From Trichodelitschia bisporula (taxonomy: Eukaryota), in NCBI GenBank assembly GCA_010356995.1, contig ML996702.1, forward strand, positions 1 through 64,000: a stretch of DNA of 64,000 bases, read 5' to 3'. Below are positions 12,500 to 25,801 of this stretch, piece by piece. The notes under the pieces were generated by a model. It worked only from the letters and a program-made list of their open reading frames with translations, was not told the origin of the DNA and did no database searches. The stretch's first letter is position 1. Each line of letters begins with the position of its first letter. The translations under genes and the position numbers were made by a program.

Positions 12500-12901
12500 A
12501 GCGGGGATTTGAAAGCGGCGTTCAGATGCTCGAGCTCGGATAGCCGTACTGGAGGATGGCAATTGTTCGGAGACATCAGGTGTTGTTGAGGAAGATATGC
12601 GCAAATGAGGGAAATGCGGTGACTTGGCTAGGAAATGCGGGGAAGAGCCAACCTCGCACGAAACTGTTACGTCTTTGGGGGCCGTGGGGGCCTCGGCGGC
12701 GAAGTCTTTACATTGCCGTCACGCATCAGTTGCTCCTGGGAACATCAAAGGCGGAAAAGCTTTCACTCAGCCGCAGAGAGCTTTAAGGTTCAGTTACTAG
12801 ATGAAAGGGTTGACATTGGACTCGCAACTCGACCACGAGAAAGCAAAACAAGCACGCGCCATAAGAAGTGAACACCCAGCAAAACGCACCACTAGCAAAG
12901 C

Positions 12902-15003
12902 TCACCACAAAAAGGCATCTACTTCAAGCTCAAATACCATTCTTCCGCCGCGCCTAAGACCTGCAACGGTTTCCCGAACGGCGTCGCACATACCGCCTGG
13001 CCCGCAGACAACGACACCGACCCGCTTGTACCCGGCCTCTGCCTCGCTCCGTAACAACCCGTCAAGATTTAGACGCCCGCCAACGACAATTTCCTTCTCC
13101 ACGTCCTCCTACACGCCTACCAGCTCCTCCAGCAGCGGCCGCGCGCTCTTTCTCATGCTCCACGCCAGCTTGGCGTTGGGATGGCGCGCGCACCTACTCA
13201 ACGAGCCCGGTGATACCAACTCCGCCGCCAATCAGCACGACGCGGTCGCACTTAAGGATGTCCGAAGCCGGACTGTGTCGGTAAGGTCCGTCAACCAGTG
13301 CCAGTACGTATCCAGCCCTCAAACGCTGTGTCAAGCCGCCGTGTTTCTTAACGAGAAATGACAGGCCGGCCGTACTCGGTCGCGACACGTCTACAGCGGT
13401 CACCTTTCCAGCCGACTTCTCCGCATCGGACGAGTGCGTCGGTGATGGCGGCGTAAGAGCATGCCTCTAGCGACTGAAAGCGGCCGTCAAGCTGACTGAA
13501 AAGGGGTGGTTCTCCCACGGCCGCAGCCGATTGACGGTCGGAAAGTATACCTACGCCGTAGGCCTGGGTGCGCTGGCCCAGTGGATGCAGGGAATGTCGA
13601 TGCGTACATGCTGTCCCACGTCCGTGACGACCGCTTGCCGCACACCATTCTTGCCCACACTTAACACACGTACGAGCCGGTCGAAGAACCACACCGCCGA
13701 CGCCGCGTACAGCCAAATGAGATGAAGGCAGTGGCTAAAGCGATAGATGATGTGATACCAGCATCCAACGATAGCAAAAACGCATATCACAATTTGCAGC
13801 ACTAGAAACAGCTCGTGGAAAAGCTGATGAAAATATAGATGGCTCAGCACGATCATCGCAACCGTCAAGACCGTCACCACGATGCCCTACTGCTAGTACG
13901 GCGTCGCCTGGTCCGTTTTATAGGCGCCTGTGTTGCTGTAGAGCCCTAGTAGCACGATGCTGTAAACAATAACATGCAGCGCACAGACACGCGCAATTCA
14001 GCGGTACAGCAGTAGGTCCGTCCGATACGACCAGTTAGTAATCCAAAGCAGGAAGTTGTTCCGACCGGAAAAGAAAATCCCCAGCGGCAGTAGGCCGTAC
14101 CCAATGTGCCCTATGCGGTACTTAATGTACGCGAGGACCTCCGCCTTGGGCCTAACGCCCTATGAGTGCGGCTGGGCGCTGTGATAGTTGACGCAGCTGA
14201 GGTTCCGGTTTAGTGCAAAGAAATGGAAGTTGTGCAGCGCCTGTCCGACCGTTGGTGCGTTGCCCAGCAACTAGGGCAACGGCCGGATGTGCTACGAGCC
14301 GATGATTGAGGGATAGACGAGATATGGTTTGATCTTGTTGGGGGCAGACGACACGTACGGAAGACCTGCGAGCAGCGTGAAGAAAGATGGGAATGCCAAA
14401 GCCTAGTGAGAGCAGGACGAAGCTGGCGCCGTTAGTCTTTGCAACTCTGGATCGGGACCAATGGACGACAGGCCACTCATATGTATCGTGGCTACAGCTT
14501 CTCCATACTGGACACGACAATGATGAAGCGGTTCTGCTGGGTCTCGGCGGCGTCACCGACCCGCATCGTCTCCATCAGCATTTCGTGGGCGCTGGCGTTG
14601 AACAGGACGGTCGGCAGCTCCGCAACGGCTCATAGCGACGTGCTGCAGTCCCACTTTGTGACAACCTTCACGTCGCCAACCCTCTCCTTCGCCCAGAATG
14701 CCTCCCGGCGCCAGTTAGGGATGGTTCCGTGCACTTTGAGTTGATCCACTCTACTACGCTCGTCGGGAACGGCGTGCTTTCGGCCTGGCACTTCGCAGAT
14801 GCCGCGCCCCCGGCCATGTGTCCAGGCACTCCGGCTTCCGACGGACACATGAACATTGCGCTGGAAAAGACGTTGAAGCAGGCGAACATGTAGGATAGCA
14901 TCCACATGTCGTTGCCATAGCCCGGAAACTGAAATACTACAGGCACCGCTCCGAGCGCTAGTGTAATGAGTGAGAGCAAAATGTGCAGCTTTATGGCAAC
15001 CAT
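12902..15003 (-). pseudogene. Ferric reductase (FRE/NOX family) pseudogene
   Basis: Signal-peptide-like N-terminus with Cys-rich ectodomain; HELFLVLQIV..CWYH transmembrane segment; LVDGPY, VVLIGGGVGITG, VVVCGPGGMCDAVR, FELEVDAFLW; broken by stops and frameshifts. Confidence 0.85.
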
Positions 15004-15938
15004 GAAATGAGCTATGCGCTCGAAGTGCGTTACAGCATGCACTTTGGAGAACGGTTTGTCTCGATATGTTCTCGATATGTGGAACATGGAGTGACGGGAT
15101 GCGGTTCGCGTGGCAGTCGGCAAGGCTAACAGGCCTCATTTTTTCTATTGGTCGAGCGGCAGCAGATCAGCCTCCGTAGGATTCATGCAGTCTCTACCCC
15201 TACCGTACATCATGCTTCTCCGCGAACCAGGCGCTCATATTATTAACGCTTCAACTTGGCAGACTTTGCGTGCGCTAATTTGCGCGCGTAGATGTGAAGC
15301 TTGATCAAGCGCCAACTGCTTGTGCTGTCTGTGGCAAATTTCCGTCCGGCTGCTCAGCTGCTCAAATGCCCTCCGTACATGTATGAGTCGGTCAGTATTG
15401 CATCTTGCAAGACCCTGAAGGTGATGCGGGGCAATGGGAACAAATGTCAGCGGTCATGCTGGCAGAGGAGCTGTCCTAAAGTCCGCACCATTGCCGCTAT
15501 CCGTTTGCCACGACATGGTAGCATGCAAAGGCCAAAGCAAAGGGAATGGGTTTTGGAGGGTACCTTGGACGCGGCCTTTCTTCTGGTGCTCGGCCCTTAT
15601 CAAAACTCTCTAGCTGTGGCTCCCCACGGCCGACGACTGCGGCAAGCCGGTGGGGTTCTCGTCCCGTTTCCGAGATACTGCGGCACAGCCGCCCAAAGTG
15701 CGGCGTAGATCTCCACAGAGTAGATATATTGCAACACCTCTCCGGAGCCATCAAATTAACAAACTTTGCTCAATTCCACTCTTACTGCGTCCAAATTCGG
15801 TTCGGGATGCTTCTACTGCGCCGCAACATTGGTGTCGCCGCATTTCTCAAAGGTCGTCTAAGGGACGTGGACCATCTCCGCGCGTTTATAGACAGCCCGA
15901 AGCCAGTCCAAGCCGTTCTGCACACTCCACTCGTCAAC

Positions 15939-16287
15939 ATGAAAATCACACTCCTCTCCTTGCCTTCCCTGGCGCTGGCCATTACTCTCGGGGCGGATCC
16001 GGTACGCATCATTCCATTTTCCATTGCACATTCTGACCTCTTAGCGTATGATGCAAGCGGGCACTCCCCCTACGCCGTTTGGCCTTACCAAAAATGTAAG
16101 TCGAATCCGACGGCCAGCTCTTCTAGAACTAATAGCCCAGGCCGCATGCATGAACCTTTTCTGCACACTTGAACCTAATGTCTGCAACGGTGCGATTGAT
16201 GCGTGGGGCGCCTGTGGGGAGTGTAATGGCTTCGGCTGCATCGGGCTCGGAGAACGTAAGTGTCCAGGAGGGGCGCGCGAATGTTAG
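15939..16287 (+). CDS. Small secreted cysteine-rich protein (spliced; 3' end uncertain)
   Basis: TATA-like site near 15886; signal peptide MKITLLSLPSLALA; introns GTACGC..TAG and GTAAGT..CAG keep the frame; segment CMNLFCTLEPNVC...CGECNGFGC. Confidence 0.6.
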
Positions 16288-17704
16288 GTTACCTGAATGC
16301 CTACTGGAAGTACATGGCTTTCATTTGATGCAATCGGATACTGTCGCCGTAACGTTATGCTCCTGGCTTCAAATTGTACATCTTTAGGGCCTTTCACCTT
16401 ATTCTATCTGCCGTCCTCAACCTATCCAACCCTAGTGGTGCTGCTGATCATGCGTGACTACTTATGGCTAGGTGACTCGTGCTCTTCTTGTTGTTCGGCC
16501 GTGGTTGACTCTGTGAACCCCCCTTGAATCCGCTTCCCGTAGCAGTCCTAACCTCAGTCCCACGCCAACACAATGCTCGCCCAAGGCTTCAGCCCATAGA
16601 AGAGCTATAGATAATACACATGGAAAGAGGCCATCTCGAGCGGTCTATTAACTTCACTAGGGCTTGTGAATTATGGCTTCCTTGTTTCGCCCACCGTCGC
16701 CTTACTTACCCATTTGAAGGGCTACCAAGCTGGAGCAGCTAGACTATTACTGCAGATACGGTATTGCCCTTTATGGCCGACTACCGCCTTTTCCTGAGCA
16801 GCAATCGTACAAGAAGAGGGCAAAACGTCTTATCTCGTTAAGGCGTTTCGGCGAACATAATATCACCTCAATCAACCATCCTAATGTATCTACATCGCGA
16901 CTTTAAGTGGGCAGTTGGCAGTCGGCATGCTGATGGGGTCTGGCCCGGATAAGGTTACGGAGATGGGCATCTAGGTTTTTTGGTGGTATGCCCCTAAAAC
17001 AGCCCATACCGGTATAGCTGCTTCTAAAACTAGGCTGAATCGCATTTACGAAGAATAATACATCCGCAACAGCTCTATTTACATATATGTAATAATCCTA
17101 TGCGTGATGCGGCTGCAATACGCTACCTAGGTAACAATTATATGGCTAGATTATTGTTCGCCATAGATAGACTAGGAAAGTATGGGCTATTCTGTATCGA
17201 GTAAGGGACACTATTCCACCCATCTTCTAACAACTAAAATATATCATTCAAGCATATCCGCCTAACGAGCGAATCAGATGTCGAGACTGCTCTTGTACGT
17301 TCATGCGCTGGCTGTCCTCTAGGTGTTCTTCACACTAGCCCCAACTGAAGATTATGGTTTAATGATAATTGCTCCGATGCCTATATAACGCCAAATAAGG
17401 TGTCAAAATATGAGCTTCTCTATACACTCTTAGCCTGTTTTTATCTTCACTTACTAACATCGCATGAATGTTTCGTAAGTTGAAATTATGCTCGATCATA
17501 CCTTTTCTTAGGCTTCGGCCGGAACCCTAGCCAATACCATTGCCGGAGCCTCTGCCAGGGAAGGGGTAGCCTTTAGCCTACTTACGCTAATGACCCGTTA
17601 ACTTCTTAAAAGTAAAACATTAAGACGCTGTAGAATGCGTACGGAACGGGATTATCTCTTCAATTGCTTGCTTCCACGCCTGCGTCCTCGCTTACGTGCT
17701 TGTC

Positions 17705-17932
17705 GGCGTCCTCGCTAGCGTCCACCGGAATGGCCGACCAGGTAGGGAGCAAGGATTTATTACAAAAACTAAGGATTTGTTAAAAAAAGAGCCGAGTATT
17801 TGTAACAAAATCCAAGGATTTGTTATAAAAACCAAGGATTTTTTACATGAGAAAGATTCTGGCTCTCTAATTGGGGCGTCGGTATTTGAGTGCGCCTGCG
17901 AAGACGCCAGTGTGGACGCAAGCGAAGACGCC
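17705..17932. repeat. Foldback element with internal AAGGATTT repeats
   Basis: GGCGTCCTCGCTAGCGTCCAC (17705-17725) is the near-perfect inverse of GTGGACGCAAGCGAAGACGCC (17912-17932); four internal AAGGATTT units. Confidence 0.6.
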
Positions 17933-20900
17933 AGCTATAGAAGAGATAGGTGCGGTAGATTGTTTAGTATTTGCTAGATATCCCCAAAGACCACCGACAA
18001 TGACCGAGTACGGTATGCCTCTCGTCAAGTGCTGCTAAATCAAAAACGAACGTGGAGTGTCTTAGTTCCTTAGGGCGATTTTAGCGCAAACCCTTTTGAA
18101 ATCTCGGAGCCCCATTGGCTGCTACCGGGGTTATATATGGCCGGTGCGGATAGCAGCATTTGGTGATATATATTAAATATTTCCTAACTTTATCCACTCG
18201 CTTCCCTAACGCGATCATCTGCTTCTTCAAACTATAGCCCCCGCCCCCGGCGACTAAATTACAGTTCCTCCCGCTAAAAATGCTATCTTGTGCATTCTCA
18301 CCACCCAGCGTCCCTCTATCAAGGTTATTGTTACTGTCACCAAATTTGCAATTCATGTCATTTTGCTTATCGTAATTAAGTTAGTATTATCAGTCTCTTC
18401 AGTACGTAAATCTGAGGAGGTCCACAAGCTTCCACCCTTACCAAATTAATCTCGGGCCGTACTACGACACTATTAAGAGAGCCTTCGTGCTCTATCCCCG
18501 GCCTACCTAGCCCCTTGTTGTATCAGTCCTCAGAACGATAGCACCTACGGTTCTTTTAAACCAGGGTTTTTTATTTTAAGGCTGTATAGAAAGTCCTGAG
18601 GTCCGTCGCTCCTAGGGCTCGACAGACTAGGCCTTGCGAGATAGTCTAGTACCGCTTAAGGCTTTGTACGGAAAAAGCTGATCAGCTCTGGCAAAAACAA
18701 GAATACGAGCTTAGTAACTATCTCGTGTGATTTTACCAGGACATTGGCATATGCGATCTTACATATACGGGAAGAGCAGCGCGGTTCTACGGACGGCTAT
18801 CCCTTACATGGATGGGTTCAGGCTGGTGCTCACGCTGATTAGCCTACCAATTAGAGAGCATTACTGCCCATAGAAAACATTTACCAGCAAGTCTTGCTCA
18901 CTACATAGTCCGCCAATCGGCGTAAACTTCAGCCTGAACCCTAGCCTGAGGCCCATTTTATATCCCACCTTGGAGTACAGCCGTTTAAGGGATAGGGCAG
19001 GCAAATTCTGTATGGGAGCATTTTGGCCTAAGCGAATCTACCACATGCGCTCTTCCATATATACTCATAATGGCTAATACCACTGACTCGTAAAGTCATA
19101 CTTAGACAAGATATTCTCAACCACGCCATGCGAGTTAGATGCATTAAGATAAATTTGCAACTGAGGAATTGCCGGAACGAGTCAGGCATTTATTTTGTTC
19201 TTTTGTGCTTTTCGTCTTGAGTACCAAAGTAATGCGAACCCAAATTGGGAGCGTAAAGGCTTTGTAAGGCATTTGGCTTTTATATCTGTTGCACTGAGTA
19301 CCCAGCCAAACCACTCTGAAGTTAGGTATTCAATAGAAATGCACGTCTGGCGAGCTCGTGTAATTTGATAGCATATTTGATTTCTAAGGGAACTACGACG
19401 AAGTACGGCTAACTTCAAGTTGGAGCTGACCCCTTTTTTGCGAGTAACTGTTTGCGACGCACACGCTGAACCTAACTAAGCAAAAAATATTGAATACTCC
19501 ACCTACCAAGACGTCAGTTACATAAGTTAAGATCCAGCCAATTAGGGGATTGCTGTATACTCCATTCAATTTCTACAGGAAGATAACAATTTTTCCTACG
19601 GGCACATTAAGCCAAACCAAATTTCAAACAACTCCCCTCCATACGGCAGATCTAATGGGGTATATCATATCAGACCTCTGATATGTGGGAGCGTCACGAG
19701 GCAATAAGGGACAATGATGGGGGAACTGTCTGAGAGAGAGATGTGGTTGCGGAGTTAAGGAGGCAAGCTATATACGTGGAGGAGGGTTTTGTGGTGAATG
19801 CTAAGACCCTGATAATGCTAACTAATAATTTGTCTTCTCAATTTAGCTGTCCAATAGGTACCATGCGTCACGAATTACAGTTTAGCCCCAGCTGTCCCCT
19901 TTCGTACTTCATGCCGTCGTCTGTTGAGGGCTCTTAAATGGTTTTTGCAAGAGTTTTTAACATGAAAAAATGCAGCTCTTCTACGAGCCTACGGTATCCC
20001 GCCATACTGAGTAGCAAATCTCGTTTGACAGTTACTTAATTGAGACTCCAAGCCTTATTAGAGCCGCGGATAAAGTTTACCAGGCTTCGTCCCCCCCAGA
20101 GTAATCCCTGTTGGGAACCATTGGGCATAGCCCAGAACCTGAGGCGTAAAGTCTGGATACATTTCCAAAAAGTTAGGAAATCAGCGGAAGAAACAACTTA
20201 CAAAACTATGAGAATTTGAATCCACCCGGTGTATGCTGTAGTAAATATCCACGCTAGATCAAACCAATTTCCAAGCTTTCATAGGGATATATCGAACAGC
20301 ATCAAGCGTTACACCTTTTTTTTTCGAGAATTTGAGATCATATTTATTGAAAATCGATTCAGCACACTCGCGCGGTATGGCTCGGCTTCACGATACTGTA
20401 TCAATATATGTAGATGATGCCTCGGCACCATCCGGCTAGGGGGAGCAGCCGGAATTTCAAATGAGGTGGGAAGCCGTTTATCTCAGGAGCTTGTAGGATA
20501 TCATGACGGTTCACTTGGTCTTGCTTGCAGTTGTCACCGGACGAATCCCTTTTCTACATTTACCCTAGCTGCCAAAAACAAACCACGCTAGCTGGTATGG
20601 TTTTTAAGGCGCCTGGCATTTCTCAGCACTACGTCGACCAATCAAATGAGCCCGAAAGCTGTTAGCATTTGATACGTCCTAATAGTGGTGAATTTTGGGC
20701 GGCTGCACTTTCTAACTGGATAAATGCTAGATGCACTGGCTGGACGGGTCTTGCGTGGGTACAGAGATGCTGCGGCACTAGACTTACGCGAGTCTATTGT
20801 CATGGATCTAAGCCTAAAGGAGTAGAGATGGTAGGAGGTGGTGGGGCCGGGCACAAGTTCCCACCCATGGGCGGGAACTGCGGAAAGCTTGGCACCTCGC

Positions 20901-21940
20901 TAAGCAAGCCCCCTGTTAGGGCGATGCAAGTGACAATAACTTTGATGTATTCAATCTTTGACTAAAGTTTGAGTACAGGACAAGAGACGGAAAACGAAAT
21001 CAAAATTATGAGTGGTCGAGTATAAATACCCTCCATATGACTCATGTTGTACATGAGTCAGAGAAACAAATGGAAACAAATGGAAATACTTCGAAGAGGC
21101 TTACTAATCCAACAGAACATTCTAGAATCAGATTGAACGGCATCGAATGCCAATTGTCCATCGTATACCGTGACACCCCAGATATATTCACCTCTCCTTG
21201 ACTACCCACTTTCTTCCCCGTGCAATCAATGCTTGTTAAACCCACACTCTGGTCACAGCGATTGCCAGGGACCCCTGACACATACAGATACAAACTTAAG
21301 TCGAGCATGTGGCGCAGTGTTGAATCTAGCCCCGGCTAAAGTTTGATAATGATCGGAGTTGTGGTGCTAGAGGGAGACTAGGGTAGTCGATAAAAAGTCG
21401 AATTGAGGTCTATTCATACATGGCACTTTTGAATTTTGAGCTCTAATCAGATATTATACGCTAGGGCTATAGGAACGTAATTACCATTGTTTAGAAGCCC
21501 TTAAAAAGCTCCGCGTGAAATTTGTGGTAGCTAAGGGCTTCAAATTGCGGTTGATTTAGAGCTGATTATTGAAGTTTTGGTGAAGGGCTTAAATTGGGTC
21601 CATTCTTATAAGATTAGCTGAAGACTGCTGCCGCGATGGGGCTCCCGCCCTTGCCAATATTTTGACTGGCCAGCGCTTGCAGGGGTCCGAGGCACTGAGA
21701 TAAGTTGCGGAGTGCTTTAATAACGTCTTCGTAAACGTTCACTCCGTCTTGCATGCTGCTAGCATTTAAATAGAAAGAATGCCATTTCACCGTATATGCG
21801 ACGCTAACGGGGGCGGTGGGGGAATATGAAGCTATCCAGTAGGGAACCTTTCCACATATACCCTTGAGACCTTGGACATACCTATTATGCAACCTCTCTG
21901 TCTGCCAATGAGTTACACATTTCTTTAAAGTATTTCGGGC

Positions 21941-22173
21941 TGTCACGGTGCCAGCGAAGAGCTGTGCAAAAACCATAGATTGCTTCGAGACGATGATAAA
22001 GAGTTGGAGAAGTAATCTACAGGGATGGGTGTGCAAAAGCATAACCGCAGTGTGGGAGCTCGGCGCCAGTCACATGACTGCACTAGTCCCCATACGTCAC
22101 CTCGGTACTGTGCTGCCACCCGGACCACATCATGGCCTGAGGCATCACACCGTGTACGGCCAGAACCATGACA
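21941..22173. mobile_element. Solo LTR (233 bp), copy 2, with 5-bp TSD
   Basis: TGTCACGG...CCATGACA termini flanked on both sides by CGGGC. Confidence 0.88.
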
Positions 22174-24319
22174 CGGGCTAATGAAAGTTCCTCGTTCCAT
22201 ATAAGTCTTGTGCCTTTCTTTTCTCACAGATTGCGCTCAGAGGGGTGTTGAAAGATTTAAATTAATGAGACGACGCGATAGATATAAAGTTTGAATTCAT
22301 TCGATTACATTTAGTAAGCGCCTCATGTGTTGAAGTTCTATGTTTGAATTTGATGGAGTACGGGCGTCAAGACTCTATAGCTGATGCTAAGCCTTACCCA
22401 ACACGGTATCCCTTTTACGGCTGGGGTCCAAGCTGGGCGCTAAATGAGTCCCAAGCGGACCAATTAAAGGGTAGGGGTTTCTTCCTGAATAGTTTCTGCA
22501 AGAACTTTGCTCGTTGCTTGGCCCGCTTGGGATTCATTCGGACCCCAACTTGGTCCTCAGCCGTGGAAGGGGTAGCCAACGTCTGGTCTCCCCGCGCCCT
22601 GCCGCAGCCAAAAACTTCAACACGCGATGCATCCACTAAAAGCTGATTAAAAGAATAATACTGATGTCAGGTAGTTTTTTCTGTTAGGGCGTATCTTTGG
22701 CCTGGGTTTTGGCGCAGTCACGTAGTTCAATTGTTCTCGGAAATATTAAAACGCGGGGCTCCTGATTAAGGGACTAGGACTGTGGGGCCCGTCCCTTATT
22801 AATTTTAACACTAAATTTAGGACGCGATGCACGCACGAAAGGGTAATCAAAAGGGCGTTCTAGATGCTGTCGCATCGCCTGATCAATGCGCATTTTTCAA
22901 GTCTGCTATCCTTAGTACAGCGGACGTCCTTTCTGGTATCCCTATTTGCGTTCTCGCTGGCGTACGCGTAAATGGCAGATCAGTCGGAGAGCAGGTCTTC
23001 CCTTACAGAACGGTGATGCGAAAACGACTTTACTCTCTGATTAGTCCACTAGTGTTGAGGACGCCAGCACGAACACAAATAATGAGTAACTTAGCGAACT
23101 GAGTATTTGACACTTTACTTGCGCCAAGATGCAGTTCCTATCCAGTAAAAGGTGATTTGACTGCAAAGTCCGTGTGGGTATGGGGGGTGTCAGGAGCTAG
23201 TAATTTGGTGGGTGTAAGTGACGTACCGCAAAGATTTCGACATCTAATTGGCTAACTGGGAGTTGTACAACAGGTGCGTATTCTAGGTCTTGGATCGATG
23301 GGTAGAGTCATTCCTTCCACTATTCTGAAGCGTACAGACAGCTGCATGTGACATCATTGAGACGCGCTCCAAAATTCCTTTGCCTTCTTACACAATCGTA
23401 TCCTCTTAAAATGCTCCAATAGTGGACCTGGTGAGATGGACCTTGAACGGAATGTTTCAAAAGTTTAACGCATGTATAAGACATGTTGCTGAGAAAATAC
23501 GATGGGTCTACATACAGGGACAAAATAGATGGGGATGAGATATAATCGAGTAGGATATGAAGTTCGCAAGTCGGAGTGTGAGACTCAGGAGTCGAAACTT
23601 CAATAGCATATCAAATCGCGGAAGTGTACTACATGCGATGTTGGTGAAGCATGTAAGTGTTACAGATCAAAGTGTGCATTGTTCAGTTCCATACAGCTAC
23701 AGGTCGTACCATCAGCCAGTGAAGGACATGGCTGTGGAGAAGGCTATAAACAACAATAATGGCGCGGAATTTGGCGCCAAAGGCGCGAGCTTGCTGACGT
23801 TTAACAAGCCAATGCAGGACGCGGCCTTTTTTCTAGGCTCTCGCCGGCCATAATACTGATTAGGGTACATGCTGGCACTGCCCCCCCTTTAGCTTTACAT
23901 GAGCCAAGCGAAGTGCGAAAGCAACTTCGAACTATCAGACCAATTATCGCAGCATATGCAGTCATGCACCTTTCGTGATAACGTTTTCGTCAATATTATC
24001 ATCGTTTCGGACGCTGCCAAAGTCAGCGTATATGGAGCATCATCTCTATGAACGAATGCGACACTAGCTGTGGCGTTTGACGACATTGAAAAAGCGTTGT
24101 GCAACTTTGGATAACAGGAACCTATTGAGATTCCTGACGATGTGGCGCGGGCTCATCATAGACGGGATAAAGAAGATGTACCCTAGCTAGTGCGATTTCT
24201 ACCATCCCAACGCGTACCCCAGCTTGTGAGGGAATAATAGCTGGAGAGGCGGATGAGTTCTCTGCTACACATGGAAAGAAAAGGGCGAGAGGCGAAGGCA
24301 ACAGTCGAGTAAAGACGCG

Positions 24320-24539
24320 ATCTCTTGTACGGCCCAGGTACTGGCCCAGGTACATGCCCCGATACTCATCGCCAATTTTCCGCTATCATAGACGAATCAA
24401 AGAGCTAGAATCTAGTTCTGGAACGATTTCTCCATTTCTGTAACAAACCCTAGCTCTCTAACTGGTCCAGGATAGCGGGAAAGTAGGGGACGGGTACCTG
24501 GGCGTGTACCTGGGCCAGTTCCCGGGCCGTACGTGGGAT
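24320..24539. mobile_element. MITE-like foldback element, copy 2
   Basis: ATCTCTTGTACGGCCC / GGGCCGTACGTGGGAT termini; shares TTCTGTAACAAA.CCTAGCTCT.TAACTGGTC with 10897-11091. Confidence 0.65.
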
Positions 24540-25801
24540 AATAGAAACACTGGAAGGGTGCCTATTATGCCCCTCGTTAAAATCGAGAAGAATTCTAAGA
24601 GTTTCATGGTCTCGTGAATGCAGTGATAAAAGACTATAAGATGGCAGTATGCCGCGCAAACTATTTGGCAAGCCGCTTTAATTTTTTATTGGCTTGCTGC
24701 CGAGCCATACATTCTTCGCCTTGCGATCCAGACATTTACGTTGCAGGTTGAGCCCTCGTTTCCTCGGCAATGAATTGGCACCACTATCCTTTTGGCGGCA
24801 GGAGACAGCGCATAGTTCTTAGCGTTATGATATTCCAGACATTGTCCATATTTCCAAGCTCCTTCGCACCCCGATATCACCCGGTTGTGACTCCGGGGCC
24901 TACTGTTTATGAGCTGGTTGCGGCGTGACGGCAACGCGGCTCCTATGGGAAGAGAACGGTTTTAATGTGATCTCAGTATGCTCGCGCTATGGTTTTCGAC
25001 CCGTTTCTCGAACAGACCGAACTGGGCCCCAATGCAGTTGCGGCACGGGTTTCCGACGGTTCCCGCACGGTTGCGATGTGACCACACCATTGTTACAGGG
25101 CGGTTATTACGGCTCCCGGGCGGCTGACGCACTGCTTAATTGAACGAGGGAGAGATGAGATATAATATGTTGTCATGAGAGGAAGCGAGAGGAAGCCCCG
25201 TGACATATCGCCTAGGCATGGTGCTTCTAGCCTTTGCCCCTCGGGGGATTCTCGCTGATGCCGAGTGGTACTGAGCAGGCTTCCGTGCTCACAGCCATTA
25301 CGGATGATGCCGTTGATGCAAACAGCGCATACGCTTGCCCTCAAGCTTAGCCACACCTTTTTATCCGAGCACTATGGTTATGTGCACTGTTGTAACGGTC
25401 CTAGGAATAACATCCTGGACTACCGACCGGACATCTGGGTCCTTTACAAGCTGCGGGAAGCTGCGGAGCTTTACACTGAGCCCAAAGTGGTCGCCCCCGC
25501 ACTCGCCCTGACCCATTTCCCTACGAATTGCGTCGTATAGCACTCAGATACATACTCAATGCCGGCCGATCATCCGCACGACCCGGCTCTGGCCCAGGAT
25601 CCGATCCATCATATCTATTTGACTTCCGCAGGCAAGTGCTTGTTTACATGTCAGGCCACCCCCGGTTGCTGACCAACGCAACGACAGTACCCAAATGCGG
25701 CAGGGCGCAGCATAAACAGATGGAAGGATACGGAGTAGATGAATCAACGTCTTCACGGGAGTAGCGGATACGATATTAGAATTAAACAACTCGCGCTAGA
25801 A

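Larger units (their letters stand above)
16600..25000. other. AT-enriched, ORF-poor degenerate region (RIP-like decay)
   Basis: Visibly lower GC, frequent TpA/TAG, no long ORFs, embedded solo LTR and foldback repeats. RIP indices not computed. Confidence 0.6.

Noticed and set aside
19960..20450. Possible decayed coding sequence on the minus strand
   Set aside because: No recognisable motif; many stops.
10446..22173. Single 11.7-kb LTR retrotransposon bounded by the two 233-bp repeats
   Set aside because: The second LTR has its own TSD on both sides and no gag/pol lies between.
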